DNA of 64,000 nt from Leucoraja ocellata (lineage: Eukaryota), in contig JAWMAR010000009.1 of assembly GCA_036785375.1 (NCBI GenBank), forward strand, positions 12,338,001-12,402,000, written 5' to 3'. Each line of letters opens with the position of its first letter. The stretch's first letter is position 1. The translations under genes were made by a program, and so were the position numbers. Of this stretch, positions 37,112-48,872 are shown one piece after another. The notes below the pieces were generated by a model. The model was not told where the DNA came from and searched no databases. It saw only the letters and a list, made by a program, of their open reading frames with translations.

Positions 37112-37794
37112 CACCATCCAGCCACTGTTGGGCAAAGCAGGATATGTGAAATTTGGTTTTCACATACATTGTCAAAAATGAATTCTGGGGAATGTAGTCT
37201 CTAATTAATCAAATTTATTATTTTATTCAAATACTAGGAGGTCATCATTTAAAATGATTGAGGAAAGAGGTGACATTTTTCATTGAACCCCAAACGGGTT
37301 CTGTATAATAATTGTATCTTGTTCCCTACCATATCTTGCTCCCATCTCCCCAGACTACTCTTACACTTGAGCAGCTGCCATTTTGTGTTACTTAATTTCA
37401 GTAACTTTTATTCATTATCATTATTAGTCATAATTACTGATCCCATAGTTTGAACTATTATAGGTTGGTTTATTGTATCCCAGCAACCCGATAAGTAATT
37501 ATGACTAATAATGCTAATGAATAATTGGAAGAATTATAGCTCATTGCCAATGATCATAACTTGGATGGAGTGGTTTTAGAAGTGAGAAATGCAAAGCCAA
37601 TTTGTGTGATCATCTCTGGGATATAGATTGTCATCGGGATAGAGGTGAAGGGATGGGGAGGAGGGCGCTGTTCTTTGGAAATAGTCATCACTCAAGCAAA
37701 CTGAACCACCACTCAAAACATTGATAGTGTAGTAAAGGTACACAGAGCTAAATTCAGGATATGCCATTGGGAAGTTTGGAAGAACTTGGGTACA

Positions 37795-38170
37795 TAAAAC
37801 ATAGAATAATACAGCATAGGAATTGGCTCTTTGGCTCACAAATGTCTGTGCTGGACATGATGCCAAGTTAAACTGGTTCCATCTGCATGCTTGTCATCCA
37901 CATCCCTCCCTTCCCTGCATATCCTTGTGCCTTTCTAAAATACCCTTAAATGCCACTATCGTATCTGCCTCCTCCAACACATCTGGCAGCACATTCCAGG
38001 CACCCACCACTCTCCACGTAAAAACTTGGCTTTATATCTCCTTTGACCCTCTTATCTAGTGTTTGACATTTCCACCCAGGGAAAACAATTCTGATTGTCT
38101 ATCCTATCTGTGCCTCTCATAACTTTATATAGTTCTATCAGTTCTCTCCTCAGCCTCTGATGTTCCAGGT
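37795..38170 (-). mobile_element. CR1 3' fragment, antisense, in the putative WNT3 3' UTR; related - strand copies at about 1372-1700, 13415-13520, 16915-17105, 30239-30315/31916-32160, 32165-32292 and 61540-62330
   Basis: Reverse-complement tail (aacatag)n and cattccaggcacccaccactct...ctatcctatctgtgcctctcataactttata motifs. Confidence 0.78.
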
Positions 38171-39365
38171 CGAAGGATTTACAATAGACCTTTGAAATTC
38201 TTCAACAAATACATATTTAAAAATGTCCCCGAGAATGCCGGCTTTGAGGAGCTTTGTATATGAAATTATTTTTGAATATTTGATAAAACATTAATCTAAT
38301 CTGAAATAAAGTTCCCCAGAAAGGAAAGCTGGTGCCATCGAGGGCGGCTTTAAAGCAGTACCATTCTAGTTTTGTTCAGGCCCAGTTTTTATGTTTCTGA
38401 ATTTAAACACTGTCACCTCGGCAGGAATGACTACAACCTCCAGAATGCATTGCACAATGCAAAATCCCACAGGGCTCAAGATACAAGCTGTGGTATTAAT
38501 ATTGTAACACCAGCTTAATATTTCAGCTGTACATTTATTATATCTCCAAGTCAAAGGATATCAGACAAGATCCTGGTTACAAAAATGCCTAGTTCTTTAG
38601 GATGGTGACTATATCACGTTCTACACATCGACTTAAGTATTAATACTGCCTGTATTTCTCACCTATCAGTTGCACCTTTATCATATGATTGAAAGTTGAG
38701 ATTTGAGTGGATTTACGGTTCGGCTGATGCAGACATGCCTTCCCCTTACAGGGACCTTGCATCCACCACCCACTGAAGAGCAATTCTACTTACATACAAA
38801 TGTGCCTTCTTTCTGTGAAAGAAACAAACAATGTTGGATAAGATAAAGAAGCAAGGTGGGAATTCATTGTTGAGCCCCATGGATAGCTTTCCTGAATGAG
38901 CGAGTAGTTACTTCAAGCAAATGGGCATTGACATCCTATGCTCTAAAAATAACCAACAGTCTGCAGCATTTATCGTAGCATTTTTCTACCTTGTAGCCTG
39001 GAATTACTAGCTCCAAGTTGAACCTGTATTGCAAGTTGCTATATCCAAAGTTTTGTACAAATTAGATGTTTGACCCTTTGATTTTATATTCTTAAAGCCT
39101 ATGTTTTTATAATTATTTATTGCACAATGTGTATATATATGACTCAACTGAGATTATATATTTGCAGAAAGTGTCTTATCTGCTGTTTCTAGTTTATAAA
39201 CTTGCCATGGTGGCTTGAAGGCAGCGTGAGCTACATTTACTATCATGCTTCACAGCGCAGGATCCAGAGTGAGTTCCATGGAAGCGGATGTTAAATGTAT
39301 AATCTCTCCTGTCACTCAGTGTACATATTCTTCTTTTAGTATTTAGAAATAGCAACAAACAAAGA

Positions 39366-39371
39366 AATAAA
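39366..39371 (+). terminator. Candidate WNT3 polyadenylation signal
   Basis: AATAAA after an AT-rich unique tract and followed by GT/T-rich sequence (tgtagtgtattctggtgtg). Implies a 3' UTR of about 2.45 kb. A second AATAAA lies at 38305-38310. Confidence 0.5.
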
Positions 39372-40019
39372 ATTTATTCATGTAGTGTATTCTGGTGTGC
39401 TGCTCATTCTTACCTGGACACCCAAACTCATTGATTGTGATTTAACATAATGTTACTGCTCTTCTCAGTCCCACTGAACTGGTAGACTTTTAACTTCCAA
39501 CTCCTCTACAGGTCTTCTGCAACTGGTTGCCCTTGTTTGAAGTTGCTGTTCTTCACATGTAGGAAAGGCAGTGAATGTTAACTGATGAGCCGGGTCTTGT
39601 TCATATCGGTTGTCTTTGCACTAATGTCAATGGGGTACTAACCAGGAACATCAACTCTGGCTGGGAATCTCAAATGCTCTTGTCAGGTTTAAACCAGGTA
39701 CTTGATGACATTGTGTGTAGGAAGTCTGAAGACCCAAAACGTCACCTGTTCCTTTTCTCCAGAGATGCTGACTGACCCTGCTGAGTTATTCCAGCTTTTT
39801 GTGTCTATCTTTGACTTGATGACATTGTTAGGTAGGCTCAGCCCACTCTCAAATGTTAGCATAAACTGGGGCTTTAAAACGTAACCTCTGTATTTTCAGC
39901 ATTTACAGTACATCTCCTAACATTGAGTCACTAAACAGGACTGTTTTAAACCCTACTGCAGGCCGCTGAAACACCTTCCAAAGTTCACAGAGTTTTGTCA
40001 GATGAATAGGGAACAGGTT

Positions 40020-41240
40020 TTGCAGCATTCAGCAGCAGATAGACTAATTCAATGGCTGAGTATTGATACTTGCTCAGAGGTGACCCCACTGGCAATTCTG
40101 GTCACGTCAGCATGGCAATGACTCAGGACAGTTTGAGGACTTTGGAGAAAGAGGCAGAGATGTGGCTATCTCTGAAGCATCGACCATGAGTCTTCAGAGA
40201 CACCACATTCTAACCAGATAATGAGACATATACTTGGACTATGGATGGTTGAGATACGTGAAATATTGCAGGAAAGGCTTCAGCACTGCAGACTTCCTGC
40301 AAGTGCGGGCAGCCACTGCCTGGCCTCTCGCAAAAAAACAAACTGCTGGATGAACTCAGCAGGTCAGGCAGCATCTGTGGAGGGAAATGGACAGATGGGG
40401 TTTTGACGAGAAACCCTTCTTCAGACAGCATCTATAAGGGCTGTCCTTAAAAAACAAAAGGCCCATTCCTCAACAGAAAAGGTTTCCGCTCCCACAGGAG
40501 AAAGCAAGAAGAGGAGATAGGCACAAAAAGCTGGAGTAACTCAGTGGGACAGGCAGCAGCTCTGAAGAAAAATAATGGGTAATGTTTTGGGTCGAGGCCC
40601 TTCTTCAGATGGGAGCAATCCCTCCAATTCAATACTATTGTTGCTGATCAACCCTTAGCTTCATCTCCTTCTCCCTGCCAGATTGTCCTTGGCCTGATCT
40701 CTCAAAGTTACATTAATTGCGGATCATCACAAAACTTTTCTGATGGAAAACGTTCACTTCCTGGGAATGTACTAGACACATTCATCCACAGAGGAAACAA
40801 ACCGCTGGACATTTTCCCCAACCAGACCCATCAGGATGGTTCACAGGAGACACAGGTCACCCTCTACTTCCCCGACTCCTCACTCCAACTCCCAGTCCTC
40901 CTGCAGTTGCTAATCTCTGCTAGAACCAGATCCTCTGGAGAATGTGACTGAACTTCTGGAAATTACACTGTGGTTCCAGCAGCTTGTCGGAGATTACTCT
41001 GCACTGCATGCCCAGCTGGTGGGGACGTTTTCATCATCACAGACTGTGTGCTGTAAGCTGCACATCCTCGCAACCCACTCCAAAGGAAAAGCAGCAGGTG
41101 AGCTGGAGCCTGAGGGACCTGATGCTTAGGCTGACGTGCAGGAATAGGCGAAGGATGAGGAAGGCAGCCGGTGGAATTCCCAGCAGAATGCCAACAGCCT
41201 CCTCTCCCAAAATAACAGGGGAGGGAGGCATTTAGTGCCT
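40020..41240 (+). mobile_element. PIF/Harbinger (HARBI1-like) transposase relic interrupted by younger repeats
   Basis: Collinear remnants FLNRKGFRS (about 40465-40492), LIADHH (about 40713-40730), GWFTGDTGHPLLPRLLTP (about 40834-40887) and CCKLHILA (about 41048-41071) match the DDE_Tnp_4 motifs NRKGFHS, GW.LGD.GYP...LLTP and CC.LHN.A. Confidence 0.7.
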
Positions 41241-42296
41241 GGGCACCAAGGGACTCTGTGACAGAGAGCCTTTCCATAAAGATATTAAATCAAGGACTCC
41301 AATCCAGGCAGAATTACCCTCTCTGCACACCAACACTAATCAGCCAAAAGCCCAGGTATCACCTAATCATCCCTCACATGCTTCTGTTGGACCACCTGTA
41401 CTTATCATATCACCCCAATGACTGAACCCCTGATCCATTCACTGAAGTTGCTCAGTAGAACTGCTTCCAGCTGTGCTGTATCATGAGGGCATAAATCTTG
41501 CTCAAATGAGTGAACATTCTCACAGCTGGAGGGGATAGCTGGAGCCACCTCCTGCCAGACTCTTCCAAAGACTGTCTGGTGGGTGTCCTGGTTCCTGTGA
41601 CACAGGGTCCTGGGCTGTAACTCATTGATAAGAATACCAGGTCTCGCACCAAATCCAGGAGCACTCTTACATGCTTCATGTGAACTAGGAATTTCATTGC
41701 ACCCTGGTTTATGTGACAATAAATTAACCTGAATCTGAATTGTCTGTTCTGATTAGCGTTCTGTGGACATTAAGTACCAATATTTCAATCCTTAGACCAA
41801 AAGTCTATCCTCAGACACCAAATGAGCCCACAGCGCAGACTGTATTATTAGAAGATCAGACATTCCTCAAACTTGAAGCCAACTGAGAAAACTAATGCAT
41901 GCCCTTCCCAACCTCCTTATCAAACAGAGGCACTCTCTGTGTTTTGGAGTTAAACAGTTTCTCACCACTTCAGGTATGCTGAGGAAGATTATGTTCACAA
42001 ACTGGGGTCAACTCAAACTCATGAGTTCTAGGATCATCAACAGGAATGCAGCTCAGTGCCACATTGGATGTGGGGAGGAGAATTCCCCTGGCAAAAAAAA
42101 AGCCTAGCACCAGGGGCTTCTACTCAAATGCATTGTATTAAAAAATATCTCTCACAAACCACTTTCTTGAACACGATCTGGGCATCTTTGCCAGAATTCC
42201 ATGTCCCAGAACCCTTCAGCGTTTTTGCCACTACCACCCTTTCAAACCATCTTGCAGAATTGATTCCACTCACTTACCCATCACAGAAGTTAGACT

Positions 42297-42431
42297 GTTT
42301 AAGAAGGAACTGCAGATGCTGGAAAATCGAAGGTACACAAAAAAGCTGGAGAAACTCAGCTGGTGCAGCAGCATCTATGGAGCGAAGGAAATAGGCAACG
42401 TTTCGGGCCGAAACCCTTCTTCAGACTTCAG
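42297..42431 (-). repeat. Penelope-derived terminal-repeat insertion containing a minimal hammerhead core
   Basis: 14-bp TSD ACAGAAGTTAGACT at 42283-42296 and 42432-42445; minus strand agtCTGAAGA-A-GGGTttcgGCCC-GAAACGTT-gcct. Confidence 0.82.
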
Positions 42432-42869
42432 ACAGAAGTTAGACTAGCTGGTCTGTTCTTACTTAGTTTATCCTTCTCTCCTTCTTCAAACAGCACAATA
42501 TATGTGTGGAGTTTTGCCTGTTCTTCTTCCCATGACTGTGAGGGTTCCCTCCAGTTATTCCATTCCTCCCACATCCCAAAGTCATCCTCGTCAGCTGGTA
42601 AAAGACAAGAGTGTAGAGTGAGTATAAGTTGGCAAGAGTATAAGTCGGTAAGAGTATAGGGTGAGTATTAGAAGGTGGAGGAAATTTCTGTGACAATAAT
42701 ATGAGATTAATGCATGTGGGTGCTTGAAGGTTGGCATGGACTTGAGAGTTGGCATAGTCTCTTTCTGTGCTGTACAATTCCATAATTCCCAATCCTCCAA
42801 TCCTATACATCACACATGTAGCTGGTAGTGACTGAAATTTGATGCTCAGAACCTCTGTAATTTTACCTC

Positions 42870-45050
42870 TTACATTATATATCCACTTCCCTTTGCCTCT
42901 AGAACTCCAGGAAAAAACAAATGAATGCACAAGCCGTGGGGTCCATCATTCTTGGTCAGTACAGAGATTCACAAGCTCTTCTCAAACACATGCCTTTTCC
43001 AGATGTACTGCATTGAGCAAGTGTTCTAGTATTTCTCTCCTCCTGGATTTGGAACCGCCACTGTCTTTCTGAAAATAGACAATCCCTCAGAAGTTCTGTG
43101 CTCATCTTGTGTGTAGAATTACAGGGCAGGATAGGATCACTTCTCTGCCAATTCTCTCATAAATGCATCCAATTCTTACAGCTTCTTTATCAATGGCTTT
43201 GTTAAAGGGCGACCCTTCAGTGTTCCTTAACGGAAACTCTGTGAACTTGAATATCTTTGAACTTTCCTTTCTGCAGGATATGAACAACTCCATATTCAAG
43301 GTGTACACTTCACTGCCTGGACTGTAGACAGTCTGAGTACTTTATGTCTGTAACCACTAACATCAGATTCCAGGGAAACTACATGAGACGAAGATCCCTC
43401 ACTTGCAGGGGCTTGTGAACCGTCTGCAATGTGCACGTCTTCCATGTGTATTGATGAACCTGTCAAGCACAAATGTCAGACACGTTTGGGCTTGACGATT
43501 CAACCAGTGTGCCTCAGCAGCTATCAGACCTTAACATGTGTACGCTCACTGGTTGGCCATTGTGAAAGATTAGCTGCTTCCAGACCTTTTTCTATGGTGT
43601 TTGATGCATTAGTTCTTTCCCTCATTGATCCAGTACATATTGCCTCTGCCGTAGCCATCTCTGATTTATTGGGCCCTTGGATGCCCGTCCAACACCACCC
43701 AATCTCATTCCTTCTCAGGCATTGCCCACCTCACCCAAATGGAATAGCAATTTGTTTTAGTAGTTGATAAACCCTGTGAAATGGTGGACTCCACCAATGT
43801 CCATCAGACTTGGTATTTCCATCACTGCCTTCATGAGGACTGGTTGCTGTCCCTCTGTGAGATCACATGGCTCACCATGCAAACAGCAGATTGCTCTTCA
43901 ATTGCATCTCTCCCTGTTTCTGTTCAGGTATATTGCTGGCTGTACACCAGTTTATCTTCTCCAAAGACTGGAACATCAAGCACAATGGTCTTCTCACCAG
44001 TAAGTCCTTCACACACCTGACATAGTCTTTACTGAACCTCTGTGGATGGGGTATCAACCTAAACAGACTCCACTGTTCCCAATACCTCCCAAAAGGTGTG
44101 CTGAAAGTCATTAGAAACAAACCGCTATCATGCCCAACTTACCAATATCCATTTTTCACATCCAGCACAATGAAAGCCTTTGTGCTGCTCAGATCTTCAG
44201 CGCCATATTCAGATTATGCAACGCCTCATCATGTTGGCTATTTGCATATCTTGAGCTGGATAACATGGGTTATTGGGAATTCCACTGGTGTGGTGATTGC
44301 TCCCTCCATCAGTCCTTCCACATCAGTTCAGTTCCTCTGTGCCATCAACAAGAACACGTCTTGGAACATTTTCAGTTGTTTACTCTTATCCCAACTCCAA
44401 TACTCCAATGTTATTTCCTCTCGAGCTTTTCATTTCCTTCATACCTCTGCCAATTAATTCAGCAACGGTTTCTGCACCCTCATCTAGTTCCTGATGTATG
44501 GTGATCTCTTCTATTTTCTGGATGGAAGGCTGCTGATGTTTGTCATACAGTTCTACCGAAGCACAACAAACATGGTGTACTTCTTCCCACTTTTTGGAAT
44601 TTGGCTTTCACCTTGGGGTTAGCCAAGTGGTACGACTGTCATTATTAACACTTGTGTTTTTTAAGCTTCCTTGCAAACTTATGAAGGACAATATATGTTC
44701 CACTACTTTTCACCTGGAAATGTAACCGTTCTCCTCCCTCTGGATTCACTGTAGCAAAGAACTGTATTAGATTCTTGGCCAAACCTGTGCAGGCGACTTG
44801 TTCTGTATTCTCCAAATCTGAATTCAATTTGACTTTGATCTCAAAACTCATATTTGCCATGACTATCGCTTCTTATTTTCATCTTCATAAATGCACCCGA
44901 CTCCATTTCAGTTTCATCTGCTACAGCGTTTGTTAGCTCCAAGTTATTTCTGATGCCATCCTGGGTTTCTTCCACCCTCTCTCAACTAGAGCTCATGAAC
45001 ATTTTAATCAGCATTTCCACTTGATCAAGTCTTGTTCACCAAGTACTCAT
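42870..45050 (-). mobile_element. Ancient Ty3/Gypsy gag-pol relic, no LTRs recognised
   Basis: Minus-strand remnants in Gypsy order: RT LMTFSTPFGRY (ORF 43872-44120), connection GGVHHFTGFINY (about 43760-43800), RNase H EKGLEAA...GQPV (about 43545-43595), integrase zinc-finger region RRACESLY*PRM (about 42945-42982). Confidence 0.7.
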
Positions 45051-45489
45051 ATGCTCACCGATTTGAATAACTAATTTAAACCAGTATTCTTACCTGTGAA
45101 CTATCTACAATCCTCCAATTCTTGTCTCTCATACATCCACCATTATAAATCACACAGCCAATGGCTACCATATCTCATGCAGCCAAGCACCAAGTTCTGG
45201 AATTCTTTCCCTCAACCACTCCATCATGTTCTCCCTCGTCTCTTTCATAATTGGCACTGACTAAGCTTCCCAGCAAACTTTCTTAGTAACTTTGCAGCTT
45301 AGTATCAAATGTTACTGATAACACCTGTGTTAACTGCCTTGGAACAATTCACTTTAGCAATGTAAATTTAAATTATTTATGTAAAACATGAACACCTATA
45401 AAGTATGACTGGTATGAAAATCTCCCCCAAAAACTAGGATCACATTTTCCTCATGAACTTCCATTGATTCTAAACCATTATGAGGCTCT

Positions 45490-45691
45490 GATAGACACAA
45501 AATGCTGGAGTAACTCAGCAGGACTGGTAGCGTCTCTGGATAGAAGGAATGGGTGACGTTTTAGGGTTGAGGGTCTCAACCCAAAACATCACCCATTATT
45601 TCTCTCCAGAGACGCTGCATGTCCCACTGAGTTACTCCAGCATTTTGTGTTTATCTTAGTTTTAAACCAGCATCTGCAGTTCCTTCCGACA
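45490..45691. repeat. Penelope-derived palindromic insertion (older)
   Basis: Inverted arms agacacaaaatgctggagtaactcag / ctgagttactccagcattttgtgt; TSD catt(a/t)tg(a/t)ggctct at 45476-45489 and 45692-45705. Confidence 0.78.
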
Positions 45692-47649
45692 CATTTTGTG
45701 GCTCTTTTCTTTATAACCTTCTCTTCAGTGACAAACCTCTGGCTAGGATCCACGCTGCTTCTTCAAAGGGTAAATGCAAATACTACATTGGATTCAAATG
45801 CGTTAACACCAAGCTGAGGATTTGTACCGATTCATTTGTATGTAACTAAAATGCAAACAGTCTGAAAAAGGTTGGCTTTAAAAAGCAGGCCTTATTTGGA
45901 CACAGATTTTCCAGCCTCATTACGTTACTACTGAATATTTTCTGAAATATTTGCCACTGGCAATAACAACAGATGAACTACACAAGTGGAACAGAATAGC
46001 ACCTGCATGCCCTGCAGCCTTTTGTTTTGGCAATTAATTTGATTTGCTCTTTTTTCGCCTTTGTAGAATTTCTTTCAATACTCGGCTTCCCTGGTTGTTT
46101 CAGTACTGTTTATTTAGAGCTAACAAGCAGTGGATATCAGTATTTGCTGCCATTTCACAGTGAAATACAAAATGAGTGTACAGTGTGTTGGAAATGAAGT
46201 GCAGAAACATATCCAGCTCAAAATGGCACCCAGTCTGCGGTAGCAAAGTACCACAGACAGCTTTGAGATTACTGACCAGTTACATCCAAGAGAAATGCAG
46301 ATATTGATGGAACAGCGAAAATTTGAATTTCCCATTGCACAACTCACTAATGTTTTGAAGTTTAGCAGTTTTAAATAAATCATTTTGCAGATATTGCACA
46401 GAACCACACAAATCTATGAGCATGTGCCTTTGCTTGGGAGGTTTGTGAAGAACCCACTCTACCAGGCAAAGTTAATTTCAGTCTCACAAACCTATTCCTT
46501 GGCATTATACCAACTCACCTTGCATCTGCACAAGATGGTACTTTTTGGAATCTATTCCTGTTTCTTATGAGAGCAGCTTGCATGTGTCCTTAGTCTTCAT
46601 CGTGGAGCACAGAAACATGCTTTTTGGCCTACTGAGACCAGACTGACCATCAAGAAACCATTTGCACTGATTCCTGGTGCCATGAATTATATGTTTATTA
46701 TCTACCACAATAGTACATAACATTTATTTAAACGTATACTTCAACTGTTAAGATTCTTTGGCCTAATCTTTGACAGTCTTGAAAATGTCAATCAGACCCT
46801 TTCATCTAATTCCCTGTTATGTGGCAATTAAGATTTTTATCCCCACCTCCATCTGCAAGATCTGAAGGCCCTGACAACTTCCATATACGAATGGAGAACA
46901 ATCAACTTTAGTTCTATACAAAAATAAATGTAAGCAGTTCTATCACTACTAGTGATTAAACTCTCTCCAACAAACTATGCCGAAACAGCCTTTGTTCTTT
47001 TCAGTGCCATCTTCACCAAGTGCATAAATTTGACCTGGGTTAAAAGGTCACAGATTGCCAATAGACTCATGGACATTTAAACATCCATAACTCTGGCGCA
47101 ACTTCAATTCCGTGAGAAATGGCTCTAATTTTTAGATGAGTCCCTGCAGTTTTAGATTTCTCAACCTGCAGGAATAGGCCAGTCAGACTGAAACTCCATA
47201 GTATTGTTTATTTGTGTAATGGCACTTTGGGTAATGGAACGTTATACCCTTATGGAAATTACACATCACAATTAAAAACAATTGAGAGATGAAATAAAAA
47301 TTCACGTTTATGGAATTTGGGAGAAAAAAAAAAAACCCCAAACAAACACAGAAAGCCAAACAAATGTCAATTCTTTTCATGTGTTCATGTTGAGACAATC
47401 ACTGTTTGGACGGTTTTCGAGGAACACAACTCCTTCATGCGCTAAACTTCAAATCACTTCTTAAGCACTCAAAGTTCAAGAATATAATCGTAGTTTATGT
47501 AATCTCACTTTACCTGAGTATTTGAAGTCCAGGTGTCACTTTGGTTTGTCTACACTGTACTTCAAGATTCTTCGTCATGTGCTGCCCTCATATTCTATTT
47601 ATGAGCTTTTGTTCACAGCTTTGGTGACACTTCAAACAGAAGGTACCCA

Positions 47650-48872
47650 ACAAAATCTGTCATCTGAATCTTTATTGCATCACAGCTGCATTCAACTCTA
47701 CATTAAACAGCTTTCAATAACAGTACATTTTCACTGTAAAAAGATTTACATCACGGTAGAACAGAATTAATTATAACTTGGGACATTGGATGAGCCATAG
47801 ATCTATGAGACTATTTAAGCACCATCAAACGATGCCCATGCTTATGCTCATTAATTTACACCAATATTTCACCTCAACACAGAAGCTTTTTTATAACAAT
47901 TGTTTTTTTTTTTAAATACTTACAGATTGGAAACAGCACAGAAATAAATAGTCATGAAATAAAGTTGCATTTCTCCAAACAAGATGTCAAAACATTTATC
48001 AGTAGATATCTGCATTCAAGGTTTTAGTTTGATCACTTCCATTGTATAATTTTCAAACTTGCTAAATGGACAATAACTTCAATTGGTTATCACAGAATGC
48101 TGGTAAATGCTAAAAGAAAATGTCTTGGCCCAATCGTTTCTTGTTCACAATGCAATACTGTGACTCACCTATTGGTATACACTACAATTTGAGTATATTA
48201 ATTAACCTGTGTAGCATCTGCAGCATTATAAAATGACAGTTCCTAGATTATGGGCTATAAATCAAGGATAAAGTGAGAAGACACTCAGCAACCTAACTAT
48301 CCTCCAGCAGCCCAGAAGCACACTCACAAATACTGGATCATGATTTCTCTTCACAGCAACATTTGCATCATATCATCTTTGGTGACTGAAATAATGGTTG
48401 CAGAAGGGGCTGAAAGCACTATACCATTCCAAAGTGCTTGGATGCAGATGTACGGACATACCAAGCCTGGCTGGACACTGATTTCCCAGTGCCATCTGAT
48501 GCATCAGGAAATTTGTTATGATTAGGAGCTGTACCTACTTTTGCACTCAGCCAACCAAGAGAGATGCAGTTAAGATCTCCATTATTCTTCAAGTTTTCTT
48601 TCAAAAAGAGTTTGACACATGAAAGTTTTGCAAAAATATTTCTGGAACCCGAAAAACAAATGTGATGATTACCCAAATCAAACAATGAATCCTCTTTCCA
48701 ACCTATGGCTCCTGCAGTGCACAGGGAACCAGAAATAGAATACAATTCTAATTAGCTTACTCTATATTTCCATAGTTGCATCAATTATGATATGGCTTGT
48801 CCACTTAGACTGCAGCTGTACATGCTGGATAGGTGAGAGAGTCTATTCTCGTGATTGAGATCGGCACTGAAT
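47650..48872 (-). other. NSF: Candidate NSF terminal exon (short coding tail 48785-48872 plus 3' UTR)
   Basis: Acceptor ...cttccccctcactcctgcatttgtgtgaatcag| behind a 173-nt AG-free zone. In frame with the 56-nt exon it gives RFSADLNHENRLSHLSSMYSCSLSGQAIS*. The 3' end is set by the poly(A) signal at 47671-47676. The acceptor choice is an inference. Confidence 0.5.
47671..47676 (-). terminator. NSF polyadenylation signal
   Basis: Minus strand actgttattgaaagctgtttaatg...gatgcAATAAAga followed by a T/GT-rich tract; resembles the end of the mammalian NSF 3' UTR as recalled (not aligned). Confidence 0.65.

Noticed and set aside
36484-37204. Antisense/alternate-frame ORFs over exon 4 and HT/CV-repeat ORFs
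   Set aside because: Shadows of a GC-rich coding exon and of the (CA)n microsatellite.
3736-42394. Recurrent short ORFs MLEKLSGCSSIYGAKEIGNV... as a small gene family
   Set aside because: Translations of the same non-coding Penelope-derived repeat.
42611-42670. Short repeats gagtataag... as a CRISPR-like array
   Set aside because: Slippage duplication inside a decayed SINE; no spacers; eukaryotic context.
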